From Octopus sinensis (Eukaryota), in contig NC_042999.1 in NCBI RefSeq assembly GCF_006345805.1, positions 138,632,001 through 138,696,000 on the forward strand: DNA of 64,000 bases, written 5' to 3'. Positions 63,349 through 64,000 of the stretch are shown one piece after another. The first letter of the stretch is position 1, and each line of letters begins with the position of its first letter. Under the pieces are notes generated by a model. The model saw only the letters and a list, made by a program, of their open reading frames with translations, was not told where the DNA came from and ran no database searches. The position numbers were made by a program, and so were the translations under genes.

Positions 63349-64000
63349 TAGACATAGTATAATCCACTATAATATGTCCACTATTACTATTTTTCTTCTA
63401 CCTCATTTCACATAGAACTACATTCTATGCATATAGCAGTGATAAACCACTTTATACACACACACACAGGAATACACCAGCATGGCTTCAGCCAAGATAG
63501 CGAAAACACTAAAGAACCAGAATATGCTTCTACATTAATATTACTATGCTTACCATCATAACTGTACCAACATTATACTCTTGTACATAGTGATGGTAAT
63601 AGTTGGTGTCTCAGCAAAACTTGACCTTTGTAGACTCCCACACTAATGTACTAATAATATTAAAATATAGAAAAGAAAGGGCAGGACAGAAAACATCAAG
63701 GCTGTAAATCTCTCTGATCATCATCTCCAGTTACATTAAAATTAATACGAGGTTGTGTGAAACAAACAGCAAAACTTTAGGTAAGAGTGATGGTAGGGGT
63801 AAAAGGGAAGAAGGCTATCAAATATATAATTCCATCATAACAGCAATTATAATATCTCATTCTGCACCATATATGTAAATAATCTGTAACAAAGGTATCA
63901 AAATATTTAATATTTTGGTATCTTAATATTTTTTGTTGACTAAACACAAAATTGTTTTTTGTGTGATACTTTTTATATTACTCGTCATATCTGTTTGAAT

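Overview
AT-rich animal DNA dense in repeats and microsatellites. The SINE families and repeat landscape look like an Octopus (coleoid cephalopod) genome; this is inferred from pattern recognition, not a database hit. Positions 1-~3.2 kb hold a very young RTE-clade LINE on the minus strand, whose single endonuclease-reverse transcriptase ORF is broken only by two -1 frameshifts. Positions 42.2-58.2 kb hold the last five recognisable coding exons of a minus-strand gene whose 5' part probably lies beyond the window. All its introns are phase 1, and each exon encodes one copy of an R[YF]xG..IPSxxF[KRQ]xL[QK] / QSRSMRVIQ motif, ending in a C-terminal TDF. Positions ~15.7-27.5 kb look visibly CpG-richer than the flanks. 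That block contains promoter-like sequence, an intact minimal hammerhead ribozyme motif, a decayed second copy and a Tx1-like LINE fragment. A possible extra phase-1 terminal exon with 9-aa repeats sits at 27.66-27.89 kb. The rest is tRNA-derived SINEs (several with clear TSDs), RTE and CR1 fragments, Tc1/mariner remnants, MITEs and two long fold-back palindromes. All alignments and counts were done by eye.
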